Source of the DNA: Cetorhinus maximus
Taxonomy: Eukaryota
DNA length: 64,000 bases
Assembly: GCF_964194155.1 (NCBI RefSeq)
Contig: NC_135892.1
Location: 10,106,001 to 10,170,000, forward strand
Direction of reading: 5' to 3'
The notes under the pieces were generated by a model. It ran no database searches. It worked only from the letters and a program-made list of their open reading frames with translations, and had not been told where the DNA came from. Every line of letters starts with the position of its first letter. Positions within the stretch are counted from its first letter, which is position 1. A program made the position numbers and the translations under genes. Below are positions 1-11,250 of the stretch, one piece after another.

Positions 1-59
1 TCTGATACAGTTAACTTCTGCTCTACAGATTGGTAATGTAGCTGTTTAATCATAACTAG

Positions 60-725
60 GGGGAGAATTCCCCCCCCTCCCCACACCGTTGGGGGGGTTG
101 TGCAGGGTGGGCGCGGACCCAATTGGGCCAGCACCGCCATTTTACATGGGCGGGCCAATAAGGCCCACCCAGCATGACACTCATCAAGAAGCGCTGTGCA
201 CTCCCTGTGCGGGCGGTGGGTGGGGGGAGCATGGGTTCCCTCAGTCGGGATTGCACTCTTTCGCGTATGCATGTGAAAGAGCGCAGAAATCTGTGCCTCA
301 GGGAGATTAGTTTTAAGTTTGAAAAATTTTAATAAAAGAAAAAAAAATTTAAGACATGTCCCCCACGAGCTGGGACATGTCAATGAACTTTAATGAAGAA
401 CTTTATTTCATCTATAAACCCTTTATGAAACCTCATCCCGCCCGTGGATGAGGTTCCATAAAAAATGTGAAGGCCGCTCAGGCTCTTTGTCTGCCGCCCC
501 GCCAACCTTAAGGTTGGACGGGCAGCTTTCTCAATAGGTTTAATTAGTTAATTAATGGCCTTAACAGGCCTTTAACAGTTCGGCGGGCGCGCAGCCAACT
601 CGGCTATGCGCCTGCCAAACTGAAAATCTAAATAGCGTCGGGACGCACGCCCAACGTCACCATGCGTCATTTTATGCCTCGGCGAGCGGGCCCCACCCCC
701 ACTCGCCAAGCCGAAAATTCTCCCC
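60..725. mobile_element. MITE family A copy 1 (PIF/Harbinger-like, non-autonomous)
   Basis: TIRs GGGGAGAATT...AATTCTCCCC; 3-bp TSD TAG (57-59/726-728); homologous to five other copies in the window. Confidence 0.85.
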
Positions 726-849
726 TAGATTCCAGACACAGCAACTTTCATATTGCCTGGAAACGCTCCCGCGACTACTGCCAGTGTCTGATGGCGGATT
801 CCAAGCAGTAGTTATTAACCACAGTACCATAGTCCTCAGCCACAAGTGC

Positions 850-1600
850 TGCACTAGTGGTTACTAGGTGTCGTTAGGGTCTGTTGTTTTCAGTGTTGGT
901 GCCAGTTGTGAAGCCATTGTAACCACTGGTCATCATGGTGATGTACCCTGGTCCACAGGTGATGTTGCCAATTTCCTCTGTCTTTGGCTAGAGTCCAACA
1001 GGTGTGAAAATCTGGCCTTCATGTCACACTTGCAAGCGTCATTGAAGTGGAGTTTAGGGCGGCCTACTGGTCGTCTGGCTCCGGCTACCTCAGCATACAG
1101 AAAATACTTGAGCATAGCAACTGTCTTCCATCCTGCGACCGTGCCCGAGACAGTGAAGTCGCCTCTACTTGATGAGAGCCAACATTCTGTACTTGGAGCT
1201 TTGTCTTTGCGGGGGCTGCCACATTTGCAATTTTGTCCTTCCGTGAGATGCCCAGAATGTGCCACAAACAGCAAAGATGAAAGTTGCTGAGCTTCCTTTT
1301 CTTGATTAGCTAAAAGCCATCCATGTTTAATAGCCATACAACAAGGCACTGAGAACACAAACTTCACAAACCCGCATCTTGGTCCTGAGACAAAAACTGA
1401 AAATGCTGGAAAAACTTGAAACGTTAACTCTGCCTTTCTCGCCCCAGATGCTGTTAGACCTGCTGAGCTTTTCTAGCATTTTCTGTTTTTTGTTTCAGAT
1501 TTCCAGCATCCGCAGTATTTTGCTTTTATCTTGGTCCTGAGAGTCAGCTTGATGCTATTCCATGCACGTTTCATTTTAACCACAATGTAAACTTGTGGAT
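850..1600 (-). mobile_element. RTE-clade LINE, decayed 3' part of ORF
   Basis: Minus-strand peptides RAWNSIKLTLRTK, HILGISRKDKIAN and LYAEVAGARRPVGRPKLHFNDACKCDMK resemble the C-terminus of RTE/BovB-type ORFs; frameshifted; interrupted at 1391-1527. Confidence 0.75.
1391..1527 (+). mobile_element. Mini Penelope-derived element
   Basis: Matches the terminal repeat of the PLE at 29695-31259; 15-bp TSD ATCTTGGTCCTGAGA (1376-1390/1528-1542); contains GAAACGTTAACT. Confidence 0.8.
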
Positions 1601-1639
1601 TTGCTCGGATTACTGGGGAAGACCCAGTAAACATTGACT

Positions 1640-1900
1640 GGCATTTACACAGCACTTCTAAGATAGTAAAAAGCCCCAAGGTGCTTCATATGAGTGTTAT
1701 TTAAACAAAATTTGACATGAGCCATATAGGGAAATTTTAGGACTGGCAACCAAAGCTTGGTTAAAGAACGTGAGTAGAGAGGCAGAAGGATTTAAGGAGG
1801 AAATTCAATTGCTTAAGGCCCAGGCAGCTGAAGGAACGGCCACCAATGGTGCAGTGTTTAAAATGCCGGAGCCCAGACTTAGAAGAGCACAGATATTTTA
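1640..1900 (-). mobile_element. L2 LINE 3' fragment
   Basis: Similar to the L2 fragments at 44210-44840 and 60820-61270. Confidence 0.6.
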
Positions 1901-1902
1901 AA

Positions 1903-2110
1903 AACATAAGAAATAGGAGCAGGAGTAGACCATATGGCCCATCGAGCCTCCTCGGTCATTTAATACAATCATGGCTGATCTTCTGCCTCAACTCCACTAT
2001 CCCGCCCACTCCCCATACCCCTTAATTTTGCAAGAGATCAGAAATCTACCTATCCCAGCTTTTTAATGATGGAGCATCCACAACCTTCAGGTGTAATGAA
2101 TTCCAAAGTT
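1903..2110 (-). mobile_element. CR1 LINE 3' tail fragment
   Basis: AACATAAGAAATAGGAGCAGGAGTAG tail, shared with other CR1 ends in the window. Confidence 0.75.
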
Positions 2111-2494
2111 TTGGATTGGTCACCCATTATACATAGCGCCTGATATTCAATTCCATTGTAGTATCATGCTTCCTTTCCAGAGTGCTCATTATTTGTGCCT
2201 CCATTAGTTGCTTATTTCTCTGAAAGGAAAATAAATGTCAGCTGTTCTGCTGTCACTTCAGCCATCTTTTTTCTGCTTGCCTCATTTTAACATATGATTG
2301 CTGAGATCAAGGTCTCACAGGAATCAGTAAAGCTTCTAAAACTCTGTCATAGGGATGAACATCCAGACAATAAGCCTAGGGATAGATTGGCACTCGGGCA
2401 AACCTAAATCTGGCCTTTTCACGCCATAATAAAAGACATGGGCCTGGATTTTCATCCTCAAGGCAGGTAGCTGGCGTTGGGAAAATTCCATTTT

Positions 2495-2720
2495 TGAAGG
2501 GTTGTTGGGCTGGAAGAGGTTGCGGGGCAAGTGAGGGGCGAGGCCATGGAGAGATTTAGAAACAAGAATGAGAATCTTAAAGCAGGGGTTTTGCATAACC
2601 GGGGGCCAATTTAGGTCAACAAGCGCAGTGGGTGATGAGCGAGCGGGACTCAATGTGAGTTAGGATATCAGCAGAGTCTTGGAAAAGCTCAAGTTTACGT
2701 AGGTTGGAGGGACAGGTCTT
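2495..2720 (-). mobile_element. L2 LINE ORF2 C-terminal fragment
   Basis: LNWPPV...FKILILVSKSLHGLAP, typical of the L2 C-terminus. Confidence 0.75.
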
Positions 2721-3589
2721 GCTGGGGACAGGCATTGGGGAATTAAGGTAATCTTACTTTGGAATTGCATCTTCGAAAGCCAGTAGCACCAGCCTGGCAG
2801 GTAACCCGATAAAAAGCAGTTCACACTATTCGGTGTTCACAACTGTCTCTCCCTCTTAATATCCCGGGGTGGAGATTCCACTTTGGGCGCAATTGGCAAC
2901 CTGCCACAAATTGCGTTTGAAGTTGCCCTGGTTTTCAGAATAGATTTTGTGGTTCAAGTTTCCCCTCAAACTAATTTGCGTGATCACAGACGCAAACCCT
3001 TCCATGAACCAATGCAATCGGGCCACGATTTGGACCACGATTGTTTCCTTGCCTTTGCATGAAAATATGTTCCCCGGCATGTGTAAGAGCGGGAATCTGG
3101 GGCAGTTTTATTAATTAATACTGCGGAAAATGGGTTTATCACAAATGATAAACAATTTTACCCGGAGTATCTAGCCCACTGCCTGTGCACAGCCTAATTT
3201 TAAATCGCTGAACATAACTTGAAAAACATTTAGAACCATTTTCTGGGGTTGTTGATGTAGTCAGTTTCTTAGTGCTTTTTAATATTTCAAACATTCCTGC
3301 GAGTGCCCTTGCACCTAAAAATAAAGAGAGCTTCATTTGAAGAGCTTTCCCGAGCAGGTGCAATCAGCTGAAACTGACATTGCTGATCTATTTGATCTGG
3401 CCAGTTTTGGTGGGTGTGGACAGCTCCAGTAAGATGCTTTTAAACCGGTCTTAAGGATTACGGAAATTCAATTTGTGCTCGGTGTAACTCACAACTAAAA
3501 TCCTAACAATCAATTTTTTTTTTTTATTCTTTCCTTCCTGCACCGTGCTTCAAGCCACACATTGAGCCTCACTATCGTCCTATTTCTGC

Positions 3590-4185
3590 ACTTGGTCGGT
3601 CATACACACTGCTGCCACTGTGTCAGAGGTGGAGGGTGTGAATGTTTGAGGTGGTGGAAGCAGGCTGCTTTGTCCTGGATGGTGTTGAGCTTCTTGAGCG
3701 TTGTTGGTGCCGCACTTGTCCAGGCCAGTGGAGGGTATTCCATCAACCTCCTGACTTGTGCTTTGTACATACATACATAAGAACATACGAATTAGGAGCA
3801 GGAGTCGGCCACTCAGCTCTTCGAGCCTGCTCCGCCATTCAATAAGATCATGGCTGATCTGATTGTAACCTCAACCCCACATTCCTGCCTATCCCGATAA
3901 CCTTTAACCCCCCTTGTTAATCAAGAATCTATCTAGCTCTGCGTTAAAACCATTCAAAGACTCTGCTTCCACCACCTTTTGAGGAAGAGAGTTCCAAAGA
4001 CTCACGACCCTCTGAGAGAATTTCTCCTCACCTCTGCCTTAAATGAGCAACCCCTTATTTTTAAACAGTGACGCCTAGTTCTAGATAGCGGACAGGCTTT
4101 GGGGAGTCAGGGGGTGAGTTTCTGGCTGCAGAATTCCCAGCCTCTAACCTGCTCTTGTTGCCAAAGTGTTTATATGGCTGGTTTG
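3590..4185 (-). mobile_element. LINE-B fragment (CR1/L2 group) interrupted by a CR1 3' fragment at about 3775-4087
   Basis: 3590-3770 and 4088-4185 are collinear with the longer LINE-B copy at 57040-57968; the insert has a CR1 tail. Confidence 0.7.
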
Positions 4186-5229
4186 TCCAATTCTGTCAAA
4201 ACTAGAGAAAACTCTGGGCCTCTTTTATGCTTGCGATTGTTGATTTATTTCATGTTCTTGTATCAAAGACCATTTCTCACTGCAACCCACCCCCCCCACA
4301 CCCCTGTCCTCCCAAGGTCCTTGAAAATAAAGCTGCATTCCCCATTGGATGTAGTACCACCTTCACCAATAGTGCTTATAATCAGCCACCATTTCGTTTT
4401 CCTTGAACAGTTCCTGCAATTGTCCATTCACTGGTGTCTTAAACTTAAAACCTGGCACATCAAATACTGCCTTTTTCACTAGCTGAACAATAATGGCATT
4501 TAGAAAGCAGGATGACTCCTGGATGTTGCCAATGAGACTTTGTTAATAATTTATTGAAATGTTTGAAAGGAGAACATTAAAGAAACTGTACACTGCTATG
4601 CATGGAAAACATTGTAAGCGTAACTTTTCTTTAACGTGGTGACTAATTAAGCTGTGATTTGTTGTGATAATTGCGCCCTTTGTTAGACTTTGTATAAAGG
4701 AGCTGTTAATAAGAGTGGAATGCTGTGTTGCAGTGTTGAGTGGATCAAGTTTCATTTGCTCTCTGGAATGTACATTCCTGCTTGCAAAATGAGTCATGAT
4801 AGTAGTTGCCAGACTGGGAATGCCATTTCCTATTGCTATGCACCTGCTGTAGCACCTCAGGTAATGTATCAGCAAAGTGTGACACTGGGTTTTAATGCTG
4901 AAGGCAAGCCACACAAGAACATGCTCCCTATCTCTCTCTGGGTGTCTTAGGCTACTTGCTGGAACTTCATTCGAGTGCTAACCTTTTGAAATTTAAAATA
5001 CTGCCGTTTCAGCTCTGCTTCCAAGGAGGTTGAAGTCACCCCTTCTTGTCTCATGTTGACATTTAGACTATGGAGATGTCACCTGTTTTGTACAGCCAAC
5101 TAGTCTGGAGTTTTCATTTCTTTCTTATGCAAGTTGACTAGCTAGCATTTAGTTCTGTAGCTCTTTGGGAGTTTCTGGAGATACCCATGCTTGACTAATT
5201 TAATGGGGGTAATTTGTCGGACTGGAGGA

Positions 5230-5328
5230 AAGGGAAAATACTTCCTCAACTCACAACCCTTTGAGTGAAGAAATTTCTCCTAATCTCAGGCCTAAATGGC
5301 CTACCCCTTATTCTGAGACGGTGACCCC
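5230..5328 (-). mobile_element. CR1 3' fragment, left part (continues at 8612-8750)
   Basis: ...GTGACCCC | CCTTGTCCTAGATTCCCC joins as in other CR1 copies (compare 58231-58265). Confidence 0.7.
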
Positions 5329-8300
5329 GGGCTGGATTTTATGTGGCGCGGTGATTCCAAATCCCTGGCTAAAAAGTCGGGGAGGAGTCCATCCACGATC
5401 CCCAATGACTGCCCTGCAGTAATTTAATGCTGGGAGTAGCACTACTTGCTTTAAGATGAGACTTCTTGCCTCTTTCATGCGAGGAAGTCCTGCCTTAGAG
5501 AACTGCCAACCGGCCCAGTTGGCTGGCAGCTCTGTAGTCCCAGCAGTGCCAGCTGAGAGCGGTGGTCACTGCTAGGATTACAAGGAGTGGTGTAGTGGCA
5601 AACTTTGAGGTGCAGGAGCTCTGAGAAAATGTGTTGGCCATAACATTTCTAAACCTACTATTACGTTGTTTTCCTATGTATTAATTATTTGAGTCCCCAA
5701 ATACCACAATAAAACCATGGTTTTTAAGTTAAAAGTATTAGTGCCGGTAGACATTTTATTTAAAACCATGTAGTATTTTGAATCATTAGTCTTTAGCATA
5801 GCTAGAATTTCATTATGCAGCTGTTTAATTATGTAATTCAAGCCTATTATAACATGAATTGAAGAAAACTTTGCTTACTTCTGACTGGGGGATGGTATGT
5901 AGCGGGGTCACTGGTTTTCTTGATTTATATTAATAACCTGGACCCAGGTGTACAGGGCACAATTTCAAAATTTGAAGATGAAGCAAGACTTGGAAGTATT
6001 GTGAACTATGAGGAGGGTAGTTATAGACTTCAGGAGGATATAGACAGGCTGGTGGAATGGGCTGACATGTTGCAGATGGAATTTAATGTGGAGAAGTGTG
6101 AAGTGTTACATTTTGGTCAGAAGAACGAGGAGAGGGGACAAAAAATGAAGGGTACAATTCTAAAGGAAATGCAGGAGCAGAGGAACCTGGGTGTATATAT
6201 GCATAAATTATTGAAGGTAGCAGGGAAGGTTGAGAAAGCAGATAATAAATTATACTGAATTCTGGGCTTTAGAAATAGGGGCATAGAGTAAAAAAAGCAA
6301 GTAAGTTATGAACCTTCATAAAACACTGGTTGAGCCTCAATGGGAAGGATGCGAAGGTATTAGAAAGGGTGCAGAAAAGATTTACGCAAATGTTTCCGAG
6401 GATGAGAGACTTCAGCTATGTGGATAGATTGGTGAAGCTGGGCGGGGGGGGGGGGGGGGGGGGGTGCTGTTCTCTTTGGAGAAGAGAAGGTTGAAAGGAG
6501 ATGTGTTAGACGTGTTCAAAATCATGAGGGGTCTGGATAGAGTAAATGGGGAGAAACTGTTCCCATCGGCAGAAGGTCGTGAACCGTAAGGTAATTAACA
6601 AATGAACCAGAGGCGACATGAGGAAAAACTCCTTTATGCAACAAGTGGTTTTGGATCTGGGATGCACTGCCTGAGCATGTGGTGGAGACAGATTCAGTTG
6701 TGGCTTTCAAAAGGGAACTGGATAGTTACCTGATGAGAAGATTCTATAGGGCTATAGGGAAAAGGTGGAGGAGTGGATCTAGTTGAGCTGCTGTTGCAGA
6801 GAACTGACAAAGAGATGATGTGCTGAATGGCCTCCTGTGCTGGAATCATTCTATGATTCTAGTATAGATACATTCAAGGAACTTAATAAACACATAAGGA
6901 AGAAAGAAAGAAGCTGAAGGTTACCCTGATAGTGTGATCAAGAAGGGTGGGAGGAGGCTTGTGTGAAACGTAAACACCAACATAGATGAGGTGGGCCAAA
7001 TAGCTTGTTTCTGCGCTGTAAATTCCATGTAATGCTGCCAGCAGGGAATACAAACAATATACTGCATTTCACACCCTCAGGCCATCACAGCCAAGGAATT
7101 AATGTTCAATCCGCAAATGCAGCAGTGTGTTCGGGGTTTTGATGCTGCTTCAGATCTTGGGAACTGCGAGCTTCAAAGATCCTGAAATGCCTGTTTATGA
7201 GAGAGCTGTGTGCGGGAACTTGTGAGGCCTGTATTTTTCTTTACAGTGAGGGAGCTGTACAGAAGGGTTAGTGCTGTTGTTGCAGCTGAACGTGGACTCA
7301 GAGCATTCAACAGCAGCAGCTTGAGGCTCGGCCTTCCCTCTGCCGCCTCTAAAATTGGGCCTTGGAGACAATTTTTAAAAATCCTTACTAAAATTTAACT
7401 TGGGACAGCCAAGTACAGGGGAGTCGGCAATGGTCTGAGTGCAGCTTGTCTGACTAGCAACATTGGAAAGACGCTGTGTTTGGGCAGGACTCAAATTTTG
7501 GCCTGCTCTCTACTCACCTTGCATCTCACACTGCCCGATGTACCACTGAGCAATCTCCAGGTTTGGCAATGGTGGCGTGTTTTTGCCGGATTTTCTGAGG
7601 TTAATTATTTTATATCAGGGAAGACGGTTTCAGGAAATTATTACGGCCGACCTTACTCTCCACATTGTCTGAGCCGGAACTCTTCGCTCACTTGTATTGG
7701 AGACTGAATAACCCTTTCAGTGACAAAAAGTGCTTAGTTCCAGAGCAAGTGCTGCTGTCCAGAGAGAAGGAGCTTTTCAATGCGCCCTCTCTCCCACCCA
7801 CAGCACAGACCACATGTACTCACTGCAAAAGGCAAATGCTCAGTTGAAACTCTTCTCAAGTCACTTCTGTCCTGAAGTGAAGTTTGCGAAAACCCAACCT
7901 TCCACTCGTCCAGATGCCAGAGTTCCAAACATTTTCATAAAGAAACCTGGGGGCAGAGGCACGTTTGTGCTGGTTCAAGCAGCATGTAGTGTTAGACCAG
8001 CCTCTTCTGAAGATCCCTCCAACAGATAACGGATGGCCAGTCAACAAAGGAGAGTTTACCATCCAGTGTTGAAGTGGAGTTGCCAGAGCACTGCTCTGGT
8101 GTGCTCTGGCAGCACTACAACCCCTGATTACAGGCAGTCCCGCCACACCGAGGAGCCCAGTTAAGCCTGGGGTCAGGGGTCTCGGTGAGCAGGGCGAGGG
8201 GGTTTGAGGGCCTGGAGGTCAGGGGGGAGGGTTAAAGGGGCGGATGACCTTGTGAAGGTGGGGGTGGGGGTGTGCCTCCAGTGGGCTCAGGACTCCCCTC

Positions 8301-8611
8301 GCCCGACCAGCCCACGCAGCTAAAGCTGCCGGTCTTCCCACATGGCGTAGGCCTCCCGTTGCTGCAGGTAAAATACCAGTGGCAGCGGGATGAGGCCTTT
8401 AAGTGGCCATTAATTGACCACTTAGGGGCCTCAATAGGCCCAAGGGCAGGTGGATCACCTGACACCTGCTCCCCACCACCGCGCCCCCCCCCCCCCCCCC
8501 ACTGTAAAATTTCAGACAGGCGGGCAGCGGGAAGGCGGGAAGACCACCTGCTGGACTTTACATGCTCTCCCACCTTCAAACCCACCAGCGAGAACAGGTA
8601 AAATCCAACCC
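5329..8611. mobile_element. Composite Harbinger-like element (family C ends) with internal cargo or nested insertions
   Basis: TIRs GGGCTGGATTTTA...TAAAATCCAACCC; TSD CCC/CCT; splits a CR1 fragment. Confidence 0.65.
5890..6860 (+). mobile_element. CR1 LINE, 5'-truncated (RT C-terminus and tail)
   Basis: IYINNLD...ISKFEDE...LQEDIDRLVEWAD.QMEFNVEKCEVLHFG; ATTCTATGATTCT tail; poly-G run at about 6445-6464. Confidence 0.9.
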
Positions 8612-8750
8612 CCTTGTCCTAGATTCCCCAGCCAAGGGAAAATTTACTCAGTATCTGCCCTGTCCAACCCCTTAAGAATTGCATGTTTCAGTGAAATCAC
8701 TTCTTATTCTTCTAAACTCCAGGGAATATCGACCTAGCCTACTCAATCTC
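8612..8750 (-). mobile_element. CR1 fragment, right part
   Basis: Continuation of 5230-5328. Confidence 0.7.
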
Positions 8751-8884
8751 AGTCTCAATGTAGGCAGAGTAATTTCAGAAAATCAGCAGCGATATATTTT
8801 TGAAGTTTCTCAAATGTGACTAAGTCCTGACAAAGCTGTTTTGCAGCCTTAACAATGGATCCTTCAACAGAACAATCCATACAT

Positions 8885-9060
8885 AGTCTGTTCCCACCAC
8901 GGATGTCGTCGGGACTGCTGAGCGTTTCCAGCAAGTTTTTTTTCTCGCTTTGTTTTTTTTCCCAGCATCTGCAGTGTTTATTGTTCAGATTTCAATCGGT
9001 TCTGTCAATCAGCGCATTAGAGCTAGGTAACTTCAGTCAAGCAGTAGCTGAAGAAAGTAA
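8885..9060. mobile_element. Degenerate mini Penelope-derived element
   Basis: CCACGGATG...CTGCTGAGCGTTTCCAGCA...CCAGCATCTGCAGT is similar to the PLE terminal repeat. Confidence 0.55.
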
Positions 9061-9326
9061 CACCTGATAGGTTTCATCAGTTTTGTGTAGAAAGAGCATG
9101 TGAATTGGACCTTAATCCAAAAGGGACTCGAGGATATTCTCCAGGTTATTCTCAACAGGTGTGCAATTGTAACCCAAAGCAGTGAAGTGCACTGCACCCT
9201 TACAATATAGCACAAAAAAACGATGTGGCTCGTTTAATGCTGGTATTTATAATTAATTAGACAATTTCTTCTTACAATAACTGTACTGAAAATGCCCACC
9301 TTATGTAATGAAATGCTACACTCAAA

Positions 9327-10005
9327 GGGCAGGATCTTTACCTCGTCGGGCAGGACCGGGAGTGGCTGCGAAACTGACCACCGCCCGTGATCGGGCCCCA
9401 ACGACGATTTCACGCTGGCTGGCCGATTAACAGCCAGCCAGCGTGAATCGTGCACTGCAGCGTTCAGCACTGCCGGAGTCGGGGGGGCGGGAGTAGCGCG
9501 AGCTCAGAGGTTTGTGCATCCACACGGGTGCGCACACAGAAAGCTCCCTGAATGCACAGAGCTGCCTCAGGAAGCTGAAGATTTATAACATTACAGATAA
9601 AGATTTAAAAAATAAGGTTAACATGTCCCCTCATGCGACTCTGTCACATGAGCCTGGACATGTTATAAGTGAGATTTAAACATTTTTACTTTATTTTTAA
9701 TTCCTGTTGGAAACCTCATCCTGCCCATGGATGAGGTTTTATAAAAAAAATCCAAAGGCCGCCTGGCCGATTTGCCTTCCTGCCAACCGTAAGGTTGGAT
9801 GGGCAGCGAAAAATTGCATTTAATTATTACTTTAATGGCCTTAATAGGCCTATTAATTGTAAGCGAGCGCACAGCCAACTCCTGCGCACACCTGCCGGCC
9901 GAAATATCGCGTGAGTGTGCGATGATGTCACGACGCTCGCCCAATGTCATTTTATGCTCAAGCGTGTCGGGCACATGCTTACACCCCAAGCGAAAAATTC
10001 TGGCC
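9327..10005. mobile_element. MITE family A copy 2
   Basis: TIRs GGGCAGGATCTTT...AAAATTCTGGCC; TSD AAA/AAA. Confidence 0.85.
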
Positions 10006-10751
10006 AAAGTATTTATGCATGCTAATTTTTTGCTCATTACTCTTTTGGCAGATTTTTTAGTTTAATTTGCATAAATGAAAGCATTTTTCTATTCACAAAT
10101 TTAACATTTTGCTGTTTTCACCACTGTTACTCGCCACTATCCGGTGCCCTTCTATCCTTTCAGCAACAACATCTCCTGCTCTTCCTTCATCCCAACATGT
10201 GCTGAAAGCAGAGGGATGGGGGGGTTGATGCACAAAAGGCCAGAGTCAGTTTAGTGGCAAGCTGGCCATTGAACAATATGTTCTGGAACAGGCTGCATGA
10301 GGAGACAGGACAGAGGCTGAATAAAGACACAGTTTAGGGACAGGACAGCTTTGGGGGAGGTTTGGCTTGGTAGACAACGGGAAAAGAGAGAAGGAGCAGA
10401 GACAGCTGAGTGGAAGGCCAGCTGAAAGTTCTGAGTTATTCTCTTTTTTTAAAAATAGCTTTGTTGCTAAGTTGAGATGGTACTGCACTGGCCAAAGATG
10501 AAGAACACTCTGCTAAATGCTGGACCACCTCTCGATAAACTTGTTTGAGATACACTGTCCTCATAATGACTGTCACACCCAGTAAACATGAGTGAGATAG
10601 TTTGTGTTGCCACCTTGTGTTTTGATTAAATACTTGAGATCATTAGGAACATCAAAAGGCTTGCATCTGTTATTGTCTCTTGAACCGGTGTAGCTGTACC
10701 CTCCATTTAATATCTGAGCTTGTAAGATCAAAATTCATTTTCTGTATTAAA

Positions 10752-11250
10752 GTGTCAGCTGTGGCTCAGTTGGTAGCACTTTAACCTCTGAATCGCAAGG
10801 TCCTGGGTTCAAGACCCACTCCAGGGCTTGAGCACAAAAATCAAGGCTGACGCTCTAGTGTAGCGCTGAGGGAGCACTGCAATAGAGCGCTCCCTCAGTG
10901 CTGCACTGCCGGAGGTGCCGTTTTTTGGATGAGATGTTAAACCAAGGCCCCATCTGCCATCTTGGGTGGATGTGAAAGGTTCCGTGACACTATTTCAAAG
11001 AAGAGCAGGGGAGTTATCCCTGGTGCCCCGGCCAATAGTTATTCCTCAACAACGCCACACGAAGAAACAGATTACCTGGTCATTATCATGTTGCTTTTTG
11101 TGGGAGTTTGCTGAGTGCAAATTGCCTGCTGTGTTTCCTACATTACAACAGACACTACACTTCAAAAATACCTCATTGGCTGTAAAACACTTTGAGATGT
11201 ATGAAAGTCATGGAAAAGTGCTAAGTCGATGCAAGTCTTACTTTTTTATG
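10752..11250 (+). mobile_element. tRNA-derived SINE (SacSINE1/DeuSINE-like), near full length
   Basis: A box TGGCTCAGTTGG, B box GGTTCAAGACC, Deu-like core, L2-like tail. Confidence 0.8.

Noticed and set aside
2866-3480. Possible further MITE starting GGGGTGGAGATTCC
   Set aside because: No convincing partner TIR or TSD found; left unannotated.
6445-6464. Poly-G run as a functional G-quadruplex
   Set aside because: Homopolymer expansion inside a dead CR1; the length is also prone to sequencing error.
5632-8023. TGTTGG...CCAACA as a nested LTR
   Set aside because: No matching TSD at either candidate boundary.
10752-10825. tRNA-like A and B boxes
   Set aside because: Head of a SINE present in many copies, not a tRNA gene.
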